NCBI GenBank assembly: GCA_964607655.1
Contig: CAZSKX010000001.1
Coordinates: 296,939-360,938 of the forward strand
Direction of reading: 5' to 3'
DNA: 64,000 nt
Source of the DNA: an uncultured Candidatus Saccharibacteria bacterium
GTDB lineage: Bacteria; Patescibacteriota; Minisyncoccia; Phycocordibacterales; Phycocordibacteraceae
The notes under the pieces were generated by a model. The model saw only the letters and a program-made list of their open reading frames with translations, was not told the DNA's origin and did not search any database. Positions 18,214 through 26,953 of the stretch are shown here, piece by piece. Made by a program: the position numbers and the translations under genes. Within the stretch, counting starts at the first letter, position 1; the number at the start of each line of letters is the position of its first letter.

Positions 18214-19089
18214 TTAATCGCCTGCTCCTCCACCGCCGAAGTCGCCGCCGCCGCCGGAGAATCCGCCGCCGTAGCTACCACCGCTGGAGTAGGATCCTCC
18301 GTGGGACCCAAATGCGCCGCCGCCGCCACTGCCCCCCTCGAGCACTCCCTCGAGAATGAACTTGGCGAGGTATCCAACGACGGCACCGATGAGCGCGAGC
18401 ACGACGATGCCCAGCGGGCCGAAGAGCAGGTATAGGCCAAAGCACGCTCCCTCCAACCCGCCGACGACCACTCCGAGGGCTTCGTTGAGTGCGCCGACAA
18501 TTCCAGCGACAACGAAGGCGCCGAAGAGCAGCATGAGCACGAATTCCCCGTCGCCGGAGTGTCCCTTCATGCTCTCGCCCGTCGGATCTTTGGCGTACTC
18601 TGCCAGCACCACGCTCGAGATGGCCTCGACCGTGTCGAGAAACGCGCTATCGAGGTCCTTCGACCCCTCCTTGGGCGCCTTGCTGCGGAAGTCCCTACGA
18701 AGAATCTCTCCTGCCTTCCCGTCAGGGATCGCTCCCTCGAGGCCGTAGCCGACCTCGATCTTGAGTCGATCCTCCTGTTCGGCGTACAGGATCAGAACCC
18801 CGTTGTCCTTGTCGTCCTCTCCGAGCCCCCAAGATTGAGCCACCTTGATGGAATATCCATCTCGATCCTCTCCCTCGAGGCTCTTGATGGTGAGGACGGC
18901 GACTTGCGCGTTGGTCTTCTCTTCGAGCTGCTTGAGAATCTCCTCGAGACGCTCGCGTGTCGACTGCGACAGCAGCTCAGCATTGTCGTTGACCCTCCCC
19001 GCGAGAGGAGGCACCTCGAGTGCCGAGCTGCGCCCAGCCGAGACCACGAGCATCATCGCTACGAGAACACATCCAACAAGTCTTTTCAC
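18214..19089 (-). CDS. TPM-domain (YgcG-like) membrane protein with Gly-rich C-terminus
   Basis: Signal peptide, TPM domain, TM helices and a GGSGGGG tail; co-transcribed downstream of lemA. Confidence 0.8.
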   Translation of the reverse strand: MKRLVGCVLVAMMLVVSAGRSSALEVPPLAGRVNDNAELLSQSTRERLEEILKQLEEKTNAQVAVLTIKSLEGEDRDGYSIKVAQSWGLGEDDKDNGVLILYAEQEDRLKIEVGYGLEGAIPDGKAGEILRRDFRSKAPKEGSKDLDSAFLDTVEAISSVVLAEYAKDPTGESMKGHSGDGEFVLMLLFGAFVVAGIVGALNEALGVVVGGLEGACFGLYLLFGPLGIVVLALIGAVVGYLAKFILEGVLEGGSGGGGAFGSHGGSYSSGGSYGGGFSGGGGDFGGGGAGD

Positions 19090-19118
19090 CAGCGACCTCC
19101 TTGTCTGTGGCCGTAGCC

Positions 19119-19715
19119 TCAGTTGGCGCTCGCGCCGAAGCGCACTTCCGGCACCTGCTGTTCCGCCTCCGTCGCCTCGTAGTACTCCTTGGCAGTGAAG
19201 CCGCCGAGCCTCGCCACGATGATGGTCGGGAACATCCGGATGCCCTTGTTGTACGACTTCGTCGCGTCGATCGCGCGCCCGCGCGCGACACCGATCCGAT
19301 TCTCGGTACCCGCGAGCTCGTGCTGCAAGCCCAGGAAGTTCTCGTTGGCCTTGAGCTGCGGATAGTTCTCGGCGACAGCGATGAGCCGACCGAGCGATGC
19401 GTTCAGGCTCTGCTGTGCCTCGAGGAGCTGCTTCTGCAGCCTCGGGTTGTCCGCGAGCTTCGACGCGTCGATGGTGACAGCCTGGCTGACCTTGGCACGC
19501 GCCTCGGTCACCTGGCTGAAGACCTCGCTCTCGTGCGTCGCATAGCCCTGGACCGTGCTGACCAGGTTCGGGATGAGGTCGTTCCGGCGCTTGAGTTGGT
19601 TCTGCACCTCGCTCCAGGCACCGCTGACATTCTCATCGCTTCCGACGAGGCCGTTGTAGCTGCTGAGCGCCATCATCGCAACGAGAGCAAGAGCTCCCAG
19701 AATCCATTTACCCAT
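19119..19715 (-). CDS. lemA: LemA family protein
   Basis: N-terminal TM then NGLVGSDENVSGAWSEVQNQLKRRNDLIPNLV, the LemA hallmark; RBS GGAAAGGAG. Confidence 0.85.
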   Translation of the reverse strand: MGKWILGALALVAMMALSSYNGLVGSDENVSGAWSEVQNQLKRRNDLIPNLVSTVQGYATHESEVFSQVTEARAKVSQAVTIDASKLADNPRLQKQLLEAQQSLNASLGRLIAVAENYPQLKANENFLGLQHELAGTENRIGVARGRAIDATKSYNKGIRMFPTIIVARLGGFTAKEYYEATEAEQQVPEVRFGASAN

Positions 19716-19800
19716 TGTTGTATCTCCTTTCCTACCGGCTGTAGTGTGTGAACAGAACCTGACTTGCCGGTAAAGCCAGGCCTGAAACTGTCTATACTGG

Positions 19801-19829
19801 TTTATATATCAAAAGATTGACTATGTCAA
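19801..19829 (-). promoter_or_regulatory. Sigma70 promoter TTGACA-17-TATAAA for lemA, with conserved upstream motif GACAATGAG
   Basis: -35 = rc 19824-19829, -10 = rc 19801-19806; shares about 38 nt with 21381-21418. Confidence 0.55.
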
Positions 19830-19906
19830 CTCATTGTCTGGGGGCGGCTCAATCCACAAAGGAAGCCTCCCAAAGAGCCGATTGCTCCTTGGGAGGCTGA
19901 AAACAT

Positions 19907-20143
19907 TCAGCGGATTTTCTCGGTGAACGGGTTCTGCGGATGTTGTCTCGCATCGGCCATGAAACTGTGTGCCCACGCTTGTGTGTACGCACAGTTTGGA
20001 TCTCCGCAACGCCAACCCTCCTTTGCCGCAACAAGCGGTATCTGGGAATGATGGGTGCAGGTGAAAGGTTGGCCGTGCCCCAACCTTTGAAAAGCATTCA
20101 GCGCGGCGACTTGTTCATCGGTGAACGGTGCTTGAATTCGCAT
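19907..20143 (-). CDS. Small Cys/His-rich hypothetical protein (78 aa)
   Basis: Strong RBS AAGGAGGG; FTCTHH...WRCGDPNC suggests a zinc-binding fold; hairpin 19864-19898 right after the stop. Confidence 0.5.
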   Translation of the reverse strand: MRIQAPFTDEQVAALNAFQRLGHGQPFTCTHHSQIPLVAAKEGWRCGDPNCAYTQAWAHSFMADARQHPQNPFTEKIR

Positions 20144-20208
20144 ATAACCCTCCTTAAAGTTCCTCCGTCAGAGGACTTCTTTGTATTCCAGAAATCAATC
20201 TTCTCTGC

Positions 20209-20290
20209 TGGCTAGCTGATGTTCGAACCGTGTTTGTATAAAAAGAAAAGCCGCCTCCCGTCGAAACAAGAGGCTAAGCCTTTCGTTTCG
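20209..20290 (-). terminator. Island repeat element copy 1: 17-bp-stem terminator hairpin plus conserved tail
   Basis: Hairpin gccgcctcccgtcgaaac[aagaggctaagccttt]cgtttcgacgggaggcg then, on the minus strand, CTTTTCTTTTTATACAAACACGGTTCGAAC. Confidence 0.65.
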
Positions 20291-20336
20291 ACGGGAGGCG
20301 ATCTAGTGCAGTTGGGGCGGACGTCCGTGCGAGGTC

Positions 20337-20711
20337 TCAATCGTGTATACGCGCGGATTGGAGACAGGAAACTGGCGTGCCGCACCGCAAGAAATCAGAG
20401 TGGGCACTCCATCGGCGGCCCGCAGAGCGTAAACTCGTAGCAGCTCTTCGGCCTTCCCCTTCTCGTCGATGGGTATGCTGACGATACCCCATGTGATGTC
20501 CGCCCATTCGATGACCCGCAGATGGAACAGATCGTTGCGTGGAGTGCACGGCTTGAAGTGTGTGCTCGAGTGCCTGCATCCACTCGAGAAACCCTTCTCG
20601 CGGCGGCATCAGCATACCGACGTAGTGGATATAACCAGAGTTCGCCACAAACGCCGCCAACTCTTCGGGCGACTCCTCCAAAGGAGCCTCTCCATCTCTC
20701 ATGATTGCCAT
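20337..20711 (-). CDS. Hypothetical protein (124 aa), His-rich C-terminus
   Basis: RBS AGGAGGAAG 3-5 nt before the ATG; terminated by repeat element copy 1. Confidence 0.45.
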   Translation of the reverse strand: MAIMRDGEAPLEESPEELAAFVANSGYIHYVGMLMPPREGFLEWMQALEHTLQAVHSTQRSVPSAGHRMGGHHMGYRQHTHRREGEGRRAATSLRSAGRRWSAHSDFLRCGTPVSCLQSARIHD

Positions 20712-20865
20712 CGCTTCCTCCTGTACCTCAAGACCTACGCAGATTAGATTTGCAGTAGGTAGCTGTCTGCTCGTACTATATCACACTATTTGTAAATGTC
20801 ATTTGGTCTCGGCTCCGGCTCATTGCGGTTGTTGGAACCTGGGTGCTGGCGCAGAATGGGGATCA

Positions 20866-20929
20866 TTTCGTACACGTGTTTGTATAAAAAGGTAGCCGCC
20901 CACAGAGCACAGGTCGGCTCCATGGGCGG
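20866..20929 (-). terminator. Island repeat element copy 4: different hairpin, same conserved tail
   Basis: ccgcccatggagccgacctgtgctctgtgggcgg then CTACCTTTTTATACAAACACGTGTACGAAA on the minus strand. Confidence 0.55.
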
Positions 20930-20963
20930 TTTGGTTCCTGCCTCTTGGTTTATGGCGCATTTT

Positions 20964-21238
20964 CTAGTCATCGCGCTGCTGCAGGTCGGCGAGAACCGAG
21001 ACGACGAGGTGAGCGAGCGGGCCTCGTTCTCGCAAGCGATCCCCCAAACCGGAGTGCCGCTTCGCGATCTCGTGAGCGGCTGCCGCGGGCATCTCGCTCT
21101 CCTGCAAAATGTGCAGAAAGGCTTCGAGCTTCGCCCTTCTGTCGGCCCATTCGTGGCTACCGAGCAGAGCGCCGTTGATGTCGCAGACGAGCGTCGCAAG
21201 TGTGCCACTGATCACTTCATAGAACGGCTTCTTCATGG
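20964..21238 (-). CDS. Hypothetical small protein (91 aa)
   Basis: Start at MKKPFYEV with RBS AGGAGAG; the ORF-track upstream extension would run into the promoter. Confidence 0.45.
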
Positions 21239-21357
21239 ATCTCTCCTGAACTGCGGATTCGTCTCCGCGTGCGGTCGCTCCATACCCGGCGGTTTGGAGT
21301 GACAGGAAATTGCCTAGTAAATAAGCCACTTTCTGCCACCCCAAACGCTCTGCAGGT

Positions 21358-21385
21358 ATTATAGATCACTCGCCCGTTTTGTCAA
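21358..21385 (-). promoter_or_regulatory. Consensus sigma70 promoter TTGACA-16-TATAAT with the same upstream GACAATGAG motif
   Basis: -35 = rc 21380-21385, -10 = rc 21358-21363; drives gene 20964..21238. Confidence 0.55.
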
Positions 21386-21563
21386 CTCATTGTCTGGGGG
21401 CCGCCTAATCCATACAGACAACCTCCTCGGGCCCACTAGCTCGACAACGTTCAAACCGAAAGGTGAAAGAAAACATGCCTGTCCCCGGTATTACAGGTAG
21501 GAGGATCGAAAGAGATCACCAGCCGAATCTTCCTTTAACACTACGCCTTAACTAACACTTACT

Positions 21564-21944
21564 ATGAACATGAAAACCATCGGACTCGGAACATTGGCGC
21601 TTATCTTGGCAGTGACGGCAACCTCTGCTGGTACTGCTCTCGCATATCGCGGCGACCCTGCGGCAGAAGACCCACAATACTCAGCAGAGCGTCACGCTCT
21701 GATGGAGGAAGCGTTTGAGAACAATGACTACGCTGCGTGGAAGGAGCTTATGCAGGACCGGGGGCGCGTGACCGAGGTCATCACTGAAGCAAATTTCGCC
21801 AAGTTTGCCGAGGCACACGAGCTCGCCGAGGAGGGCAAGCTAGCTGAGGCACAGAAGATTCGCCAGGAGCTCGGGCTCGGCTCGCACAATGGCTCAGGCA
21901 AAGCTGGCGGCGGAGCGGGAATGAGTAAGGGCTGCAATCGATAA
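21564..21944 (+). CDS. Small secreted hypothetical protein
   Basis: Signal peptide MNMKTIGLGTLALILAVTATSAGTALA; Gly-rich C-terminus. Confidence 0.55.
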   Translation: MNMKTIGLGTLALILAVTATSAGTALAYRGDPAAEDPQYSAERHALMEEAFENNDYAAWKELMQDRGRVTEVITEANFAKFAEAHELAEEGKLAEAQKIRQELGLGSHNGSGKAGGGAGMSKGCNR

Positions 21945-22035
21945 AGCATCCGCACGGCAACGCATCACACTCCGACAGCAAACGGAGTGTGATGCATACA
22001 CGGGACAAAAGGTAGCTATAAGATAAGATCATCGT

Positions 22036-22578
22036 ATGGTCGACACGACTGCACTGACTGATGAAGAGGTTGTAGAAAAAATCCGCTCAAGCGACCAGGA
22101 CCTATATGCAGTCCTCATCGAGAGATATAAGAGCAAGCTGCTCCGGTATGCCCAGAACCTGGTGCGCGAAGAAGATCGCGCCGCTCAAATTGTCCAAGAC
22201 TCGTTCGTCAAGGCGTTCATAAACCTCAACGGTTTTGATACGAGAAAAAAGTTCTCAAGCTGGATATACCGCATCGTGCACAATGAGGCCCTGAACGCGA
22301 TTCAGAAATACAAGCGAGAGGTGTCCATTCCAGAGGGGTTCGATTTTGAAAGTGACCAGGATATCGAGAAAGAATTCGAACAAAAAGAGACAGCTGAGAA
22401 GGTCGAGAAATGCCTCGACGCGATGCCAATCATCTACTCTGAGCCCCTCGTCCTCCACTACCTGGACGAACGATCGTATGAGGAGATCAGCGACATTTTA
22501 CGGATACCGATGGGAACAGTCGCAACGCGTATGCATCGAGCAAAAAAGCTAATGAAGCACCTATGTCAAAAGAACTAA
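22036..22578 (+). CDS. ECF-family RNA polymerase sigma factor
   Basis: Sigma70 region 2 (YLRYAQNLVREEDRAAQIVQDSFVKAF) and region 4 HTH (SYEEISDILRIPMGTVATRMHRAKKLM). Confidence 0.8.
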   Translation: MVDTTALTDEEVVEKIRSSDQDLYAVLIERYKSKLLRYAQNLVREEDRAAQIVQDSFVKAFINLNGFDTRKKFSSWIYRIVHNEALNAIQKYKREVSIPEGFDFESDQDIEKEFEQKETAEKVEKCLDAMPIIYSEPLVLHYLDERSYEEISDILRIPMGTVATRMHRAKKLMKHLCQKN

Positions 22579-23027
22579 AAAACATCACTGATGCGGTCAT
22601 GAATAAAATTCATGCGGGCGACGTCAAGATGCGTCCGCGAGCATACTTCATCATCGGTGCACTCCTAACCTTCGCCGGGCTTGTTTCTTCGATCGTGGTC
22701 TCGGCATTTCTGGTCGGGTTGATGCGCTTCTCTCTGCGGGCACACGGCCCGAGAGGAGCGTACCGACTCGATCAACTGCTCGCAAACTTCCCTTGGTGGG
22801 CTGTAATTCTCGCCATTGTTGGGCTCGGTATCGGCATATGGCTAGTTCGCCGATATGACTTTTCCTACAAGATTGACTTCAAGGTTATCGTCGCCGGATT
22901 CATTTTGGCCGCGATTGTCGGCGGCCTGATCATCGATATGATCGGTGTGAATGACGCCTTGACTCGCAAGGGCCCCTTACAGAGGATGATGCGGCACTAC
23001 TCACAAGAGAACGCCATCCGCCGCTAG
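22563..23027 (+). CDS. Putative anti-sigma factor, membrane protein
   Basis: 16-nt overlap with the ECF sigma gene; cytoplasmic N-terminus then TM helices. Confidence 0.45.
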   Translation: MSKELKNITDAVMNKIHAGDVKMRPRAYFIIGALLTFAGLVSSIVVSAFLVGLMRFSLRAHGPRGAYRLDQLLANFPWWAVILAIVGLGIGIWLVRRYDFSYKIDFKVIVAGFILAAIVGGLIIDMIGVNDALTRKGPLQRMMRHYSQENAIRR

Positions 23028-23069
23028 GTTTAGTCAGAAGGACAATTCTTGCTCCGCAGTGTCGAGCAT

Positions 23070-23150
23070 CTTCGAAACCTCTGTTGTATAGAAAGAAAAG
23101 CCGCCCCCCGTCGAAACGAGAGGCTAAGCCTTTCGTTTCGCCAGACGGCG
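23070..23150 (-). terminator. Island repeat element copy 2: degenerate stem, identical loop
   Basis: Loop gagaggctaagccttt identical to copy 1; stem carries several mismatches; tail CTTTTCTTTCTATACAACAGAGGTTTCGAAG. Confidence 0.55.
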
Positions 23151-23159
23151 ACGCTGTTG

Positions 23160-23498
23160 TCAGTTGGCGGTCTCCACCCCTCGCAGGCCCAACGTTTCCA
23201 GGGATTTTACGGTAGTCACCGCGGCCATGACGTGCTCCTTGCTGGCGGGGAGATCCAGATGAATCCTCCCGACGATGTAGATCCCCCAGTGAGGGAGGAA
23301 CGCCACCGTCACGCCGTCGACACTGTACTTGTAGGGGAAGCGGAGGTAGTTGTCCTTACCCTCGGTGCCGTTCAGCCACTCGGTCACTTCACCGAGTTCA
23401 CAGAGCATCTTTACCCTCTCGACATTCCGCTCCCACATCTGCGAATCTCGCAGTAGCGGTGCGGGCCACACGACTTGGTCGATTGCATTTTTGGCCAT
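23160..23498 (-). CDS. Hypothetical protein (112 aa)
   Basis: RBS AAGGAGAA; ATG at 23498; promoter TTGACA-16-TATAAT at rc 23560-23587. Confidence 0.5.
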   Translation of the reverse strand: MAKNAIDQVVWPAPLLRDSQMWERNVERVKMLCELGEVTEWLNGTEGKDNYLRFPYKYSVDGVTVAFLPHWGIYIVGRIHLDLPASKEHVMAAVTTVKSLETLGLRGVETAN

Positions 23499-23559
23499 TC
23501 GATTCTCCTTCTTGCGATTTCCTTGCCGTAGATTTGGATGGCATGGAATCTCCAAATAT

Positions 23560-23587
23560 ATTATACACGTTTATAATTGGCTGTCAA
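23560..23587 (-). promoter_or_regulatory. Consensus sigma70 promoter TTGACA-16-TATAAT
   Basis: rc: TTGACAgccaattataaacgtgTATAAT, 54 nt upstream of the start of gene 23160..23498. Confidence 0.55.
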
Positions 23588-23612
23588 TGTTTAGCTCCAC
23601 TGGCCGGATGAC

Positions 23613-23630
23613 GTTCGAACCGTGTTTATA
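23613..23630 (-). repeat. Island tail-motif copy 3, with no hairpin
   Basis: gttcgaaccgtgtttata directly after the TAA stop of the TrmB gene. Confidence 0.5.
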
Positions 23631-23633
23631 GGA

Positions 23634-24359
23634 TTAAAGCTTACGATATAGTTGTCGAAATATAACCTTCTGGAACGCAGCGAGCGCCGCATCTTCAATG
23701 ATAAATGCTTCCTCGGTATCGATATTGATAAATGCGAGACGATCGGCGTACACCAACTGGATAATGTTCTGGTCGAACGTTGCCTCCTCCGGCTCTATAT
23801 ACTTTATAAACCGCTCGAGACGGGACTTCTTTTGTCGTCCCGATGCGGGATTGCTGATAACAAGACGTTCCAGCTTCTTCCTGTCGCGCCGTGCTCGATA
23901 TGAAGGCGATAGATACTGATTCACGCGGGCAAGATCTCGCTCCGACGTATACCTATAGAACGTATCCCCTTTTGCTGTTCTTTCTATGACATCATCAAAT
24001 ACGGCCCTTACGCCTGCAAATCCTTTGAAAAAGCGTAGATGTCGCAATGTTTCGGGTTCGTGCCTCTCTCTATGCAGTCTCATTCCTCTGCGCATGCTTT
24101 CAGTTCCTGCAATGAAGGCGTCTTCGATACGACGTGAGCTTTGCGCGCAATAGAGCGTGCGCTTCCCTTGGATGAAACTGGTTACGAATCCTGCCTCAAT
24201 GAGTTCTTCGAGATTCCGATAGACCTGCTGGCGTGCGAGCTTCACACTCCGCGCGAGATGCGAGACAATCATGCCTTCCGGTCGCTTCTCGAGAGCTCGA
24301 TATATTTCATCCGCGTGTCTGCTGAGTCCTAGCCGTTTAAGCACCGTAGTGAGGTCCAT
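23634..24359 (-). CDS. TrmB-family transcriptional regulator
   Basis: N-terminal winged HTH (ADEIYRALEKRPEGMIVSHLARSVKLARQQVYRNLEELIEAGFV) plus C-terminal TrmB-like domain. Confidence 0.7.
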   Translation of the reverse strand: MDLTTVLKRLGLSRHADEIYRALEKRPEGMIVSHLARSVKLARQQVYRNLEELIEAGFVTSFIQGKRTLYCAQSSRRIEDAFIAGTESMRRGMRLHRERHEPETLRHLRFFKGFAGVRAVFDDVIERTAKGDTFYRYTSERDLARVNQYLSPSYRARRDRKKLERLVISNPASGRQKKSRLERFIKYIEPEEATFDQNIIQLVYADRLAFINIDTEEAFIIEDAALAAFQKVIFRQLYRKL

Positions 24360-24468
24360 GTGTATAGTGTACTATATTTGTTACATATTTACCACTTTTC
24401 CTGCACGATTTTTTATCTCGTCCTATTGTACCTACAGATGGTTCAATTGTTCTTTGAAAGGAGACTAT

Positions 24469-24981
24469 ATGGAGCAGCTTAAGAAATTCATCGGAAGTGT
24501 CCCTAACTTCCCGAAGAAAGACATCGTGTTCAAAGATATCTCTCCCCTTCTTGCAAACCCAGACGCATTCAAGAGCGTCATAGAGACCTTTGCTCTTAAT
24601 TGGAACAAGAAGATAGACGCTATAGCGGGGCTCGATGCACGCGGTTTCATCTTTGGAAGTGCACTCGCCTTTTCGCTTGGCGTCACGTTCGTCATGGTGC
24701 GCAAGCGAGGTAAGCTTCCCGGCGCAACCCACCAGGTTTCGTACGGACTCGAATACGGATCAGACGTTATTGAGATTGAGAGATCAGCGTTCGTGACTGG
24801 TGCTCGCGTTCTCATCATCGACGACTTGCTCGCAACGGGTGGTACCGCTGCCGCTGCAGCTTCGCTTATCGAAACTGCAGGTGCAGTCGTAGCTGGTTTC
24901 GCTTTTGTCATCGAACTCTCTGAACTCGACGGTAGGAAGAAAATTGGTAACTATTCTATCGATTCTCTCATCGTCTATTAA
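24469..24981 (+). CDS. apt: Adenine phosphoribosyltransferase
   Basis: PRTase type I motif VLIIDDLLATGGTAAAAASL; RBS GAAAGGAG; ORF-track start 24271 trimmed. Confidence 0.85.
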   Translation: MEQLKKFIGSVPNFPKKDIVFKDISPLLANPDAFKSVIETFALNWNKKIDAIAGLDARGFIFGSALAFSLGVTFVMVRKRGKLPGATHQVSYGLEYGSDVIEIERSAFVTGARVLIIDDLLATGGTAAAAASLIETAGAVVAGFAFVIELSELDGRKKIGNYSIDSLIVY

Positions 24982-24996
24982 GTATAGGGGCCGAAA

Positions 24997-25671
24997 ATGG
25001 ATAAGCAAAAAATCATCTACAGCGCCGACGTTATCGCACGACTAGGTGGACCTTCCGGTCCCTTTGTCATTGTGGAGCGCCTCGGATCGATGAAAGGGTT
25101 CGCACTGCCGGGGGGCAAACAGGATCCCGGAGAAGCGCTGTCGGCGACCGCCGTCCGCGAATTCTACGAGGAAACCGGTTTATCCCTCGAGGTCTTCGGC
25201 GTGCTGGGTACGTTTGCCGAAACTGGGCGCGATCCGCGCGGACACTATATCTCGACGGTCTTCCTTGGTATCGCTTATGGACAACCGCAAGGAGAAGAGG
25301 GTAAAACGCGGGTTCTTCTCATGACTGAGGATGATATTCGAACCCACAAGAATACGTTCGTATTTGATCACTTCAGTATCTTCGACAAACATTCATCGTT
25401 ACCCAAGGAGACACAAATGCAGGTTCTAAAAAAAGGAAGAGAGCAGAGGGGCTGGAGCAAGGAGTACACCTGTACTGGCAAGGGCAATGGAGGCGGTGGT
25501 TGTGGCGCACTTCTTTTGGTTTCTGAGTACGACATCTATCAGACTTCAAGTAGCGATTACGGTGGCGGTACCGACTACTACAAGACCTTCTCGTGTTCCG
25601 AATGCGGCGTGGAGACTGACATCGTCGACTCGAGCGCTCCAGTGAAAGGTAGTCGTCCTCAAAAAAAGTAG
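24997..25671 (+). CDS. NUDIX hydrolase fused to a C-terminal zinc-ribbon-like domain
   Basis: Nudix box GGKQDPGEALSATAVREFYEETGL; C-terminal CTGKGNGGGGCG...CSECG. Confidence 0.75.
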   Translation: MDKQKIIYSADVIARLGGPSGPFVIVERLGSMKGFALPGGKQDPGEALSATAVREFYEETGLSLEVFGVLGTFAETGRDPRGHYISTVFLGIAYGQPQGEEGKTRVLLMTEDDIRTHKNTFVFDHFSIFDKHSSLPKETQMQVLKKGREQRGWSKEYTCTGKGNGGGGCGALLLVSEYDIYQTSSSDYGGGTDYYKTFSCSECGVETDIVDSSAPVKGSRPQKK

Positions 25672-25687
25672 CAATCAAACACACTTC

Positions 25688-25716
25688 CCGCCCGAGCATT
25701 TGCTCGGGCGGTTTTA
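25688..25716 (+). terminator. Intrinsic terminator
   Basis: ccgcccgagca-ttt-gctcgggcgg then TTTT. Confidence 0.6.
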
Positions 25717-25886
25717 TAAACGGGAGACATACGCAAAGCAATCCATACGATACGAACGAAGGAGGATTTCTCCAAAATCTGGAATCATACGAGAAAATAC
25801 TGGTACGAATAAAACCCCATGAAAATTGAGAAGACCGCCATACGTGGAGGGCATGTGGCCTTCTCATGTATGACGGTCAGGTCGAA

Positions 25887-26813
25887 CTATCTGCGGAGCG
25901 CTTCTCGAATGGTCTTCATGACCTGTTCTGGCGACAAGACGCTTCCGGTTCGAGGACTGCCAGCAATGATGTCGCCACCGCCCCACGACGGACCTCTCGG
26001 CATGTTTAGTCGCGATTTCGCTCTGAACTCCTCTTGACTGAGCCATCTGAGGAGTTTTGGGATCGGAAACGGCACGAACTGGGATGAACGTGCGAGCGTA
26101 TAGGTGAACCGGCCCTCCTGGGGACCACGAACCGTGACGAACGCGTTGATACCATCACGATAGACGCCGAGGCGTCCGTTCTTCCCCACCTCTCGTATCA
26201 AGGCAAACTTCTCGTCTCGTTCGATGATCTCGTAGTGCGTATCAGGCACAACGGTACCGGCCGCCCCGTGCAGGTAGGCGGAGATCCGCTCACCTACAGA
26301 ATCGATGACGCTGTTATACTCCATCAAGCTTCCCGTATCGAGAAGTCCGCTGGCGCGAAATTCATGATAGGGCTCGAAGATCCAGAGCAGTTGCTGGAGA
26401 GACGTAAGCGATTCCTTGAACGCATACGCTCCACCAGTCGTGTCAAGCATGTCCTCCATGGAGACGAGTCGATTGAGCAGCGGGTTCTCTCGAGCCGAGG
26501 CCATCTCGTGATTCCTGAGGATGAACACCGACAGGCACACATCCTCATCGCAGTCGTTCACAAAGAGATGCGTCTTCGTCGGATCGAATGCTTTCATGAG
26601 TCCCTGACGCAGAGCGATGAGCACTTGCGCGCAAGTCGCACGGGTTTCGAGGCGAGAGACTCCTTCGTGATGGTTGAAGTTGGCCCAGGGGCCATAGGGA
26701 TTGAATCTCGGGCCTTCGGGCACGTAGCCATCGAGCGCAATTGAATGCGCCGGCGAATGTATTGTGAATTCTTCCCAGGATCTAGTCTTCCTCGGTGCTA
26801 TCTGTAGATTCAC
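25887..26813 (-). CDS. Hypothetical protein (308 aa)
   Basis: RBS GGAAGGAGA lies inside the annotated first codons, so the start moves to the GTG at 26813 (MNLQIAPRK); no recognised domain. Confidence 0.5.
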   Translation of the reverse strand: MNLQIAPRKTRSWEEFTIHSPAHSIALDGYVPEGPRFNPYGPWANFNHHEGVSRLETRATCAQVLIALRQGLMKAFDPTKTHLFVNDCDEDVCLSVFILRNHEMASARENPLLNRLVSMEDMLDTTGGAYAFKESLTSLQQLLWIFEPYHEFRASGLLDTGSLMEYNSVIDSVGERISAYLHGAAGTVVPDTHYEIIERDEKFALIREVGKNGRLGVYRDGINAFVTVRGPQEGRFTYTLARSSQFVPFPIPKLLRWLSQEEFRAKSRLNMPRGPSWGGGDIIAGSPRTGSVLSPEQVMKTIREALRR

Positions 26814-26953
26814 GGGTTTTCTCCTTCCCACACTCGGGTTTTAAAGGATCTGACTCTCAAACGAGAGATCGCCACCATTAGCGATAATATTACTGTACTA
26901 AAAATACTGAGTTCGTCAACTTTGGCTCCGTTGGGTAGAGGAAGTCCGAACTT

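Noticed and set aside
21476-21556. 26-aa upstream ORF with an RBS before the secreted-protein gene 21564
   Set aside because: Too short and unsupported; could be a leader peptide but there is no basis beyond an ATG and a moderate RBS.
20209-23150. Integron-like attC cassette array
   Set aside because: The hairpin elements sit 3' of small genes like attC sites, but no intI integrase is present. The cassettes carry their own promoters, and the conserved tail (GTTCGAAC) does not match the GTTRRRY / RYYYAAC cores.
25819-26037. 72-aa plus-strand ORF, plus an orphan strong RBS GAAGGAGGA at about 25760 with no start codon
   Set aside because: The ORF overlaps the C-terminal coding region of the 308-aa minus-strand gene. 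No start codon follows the RBS within 15 nt.
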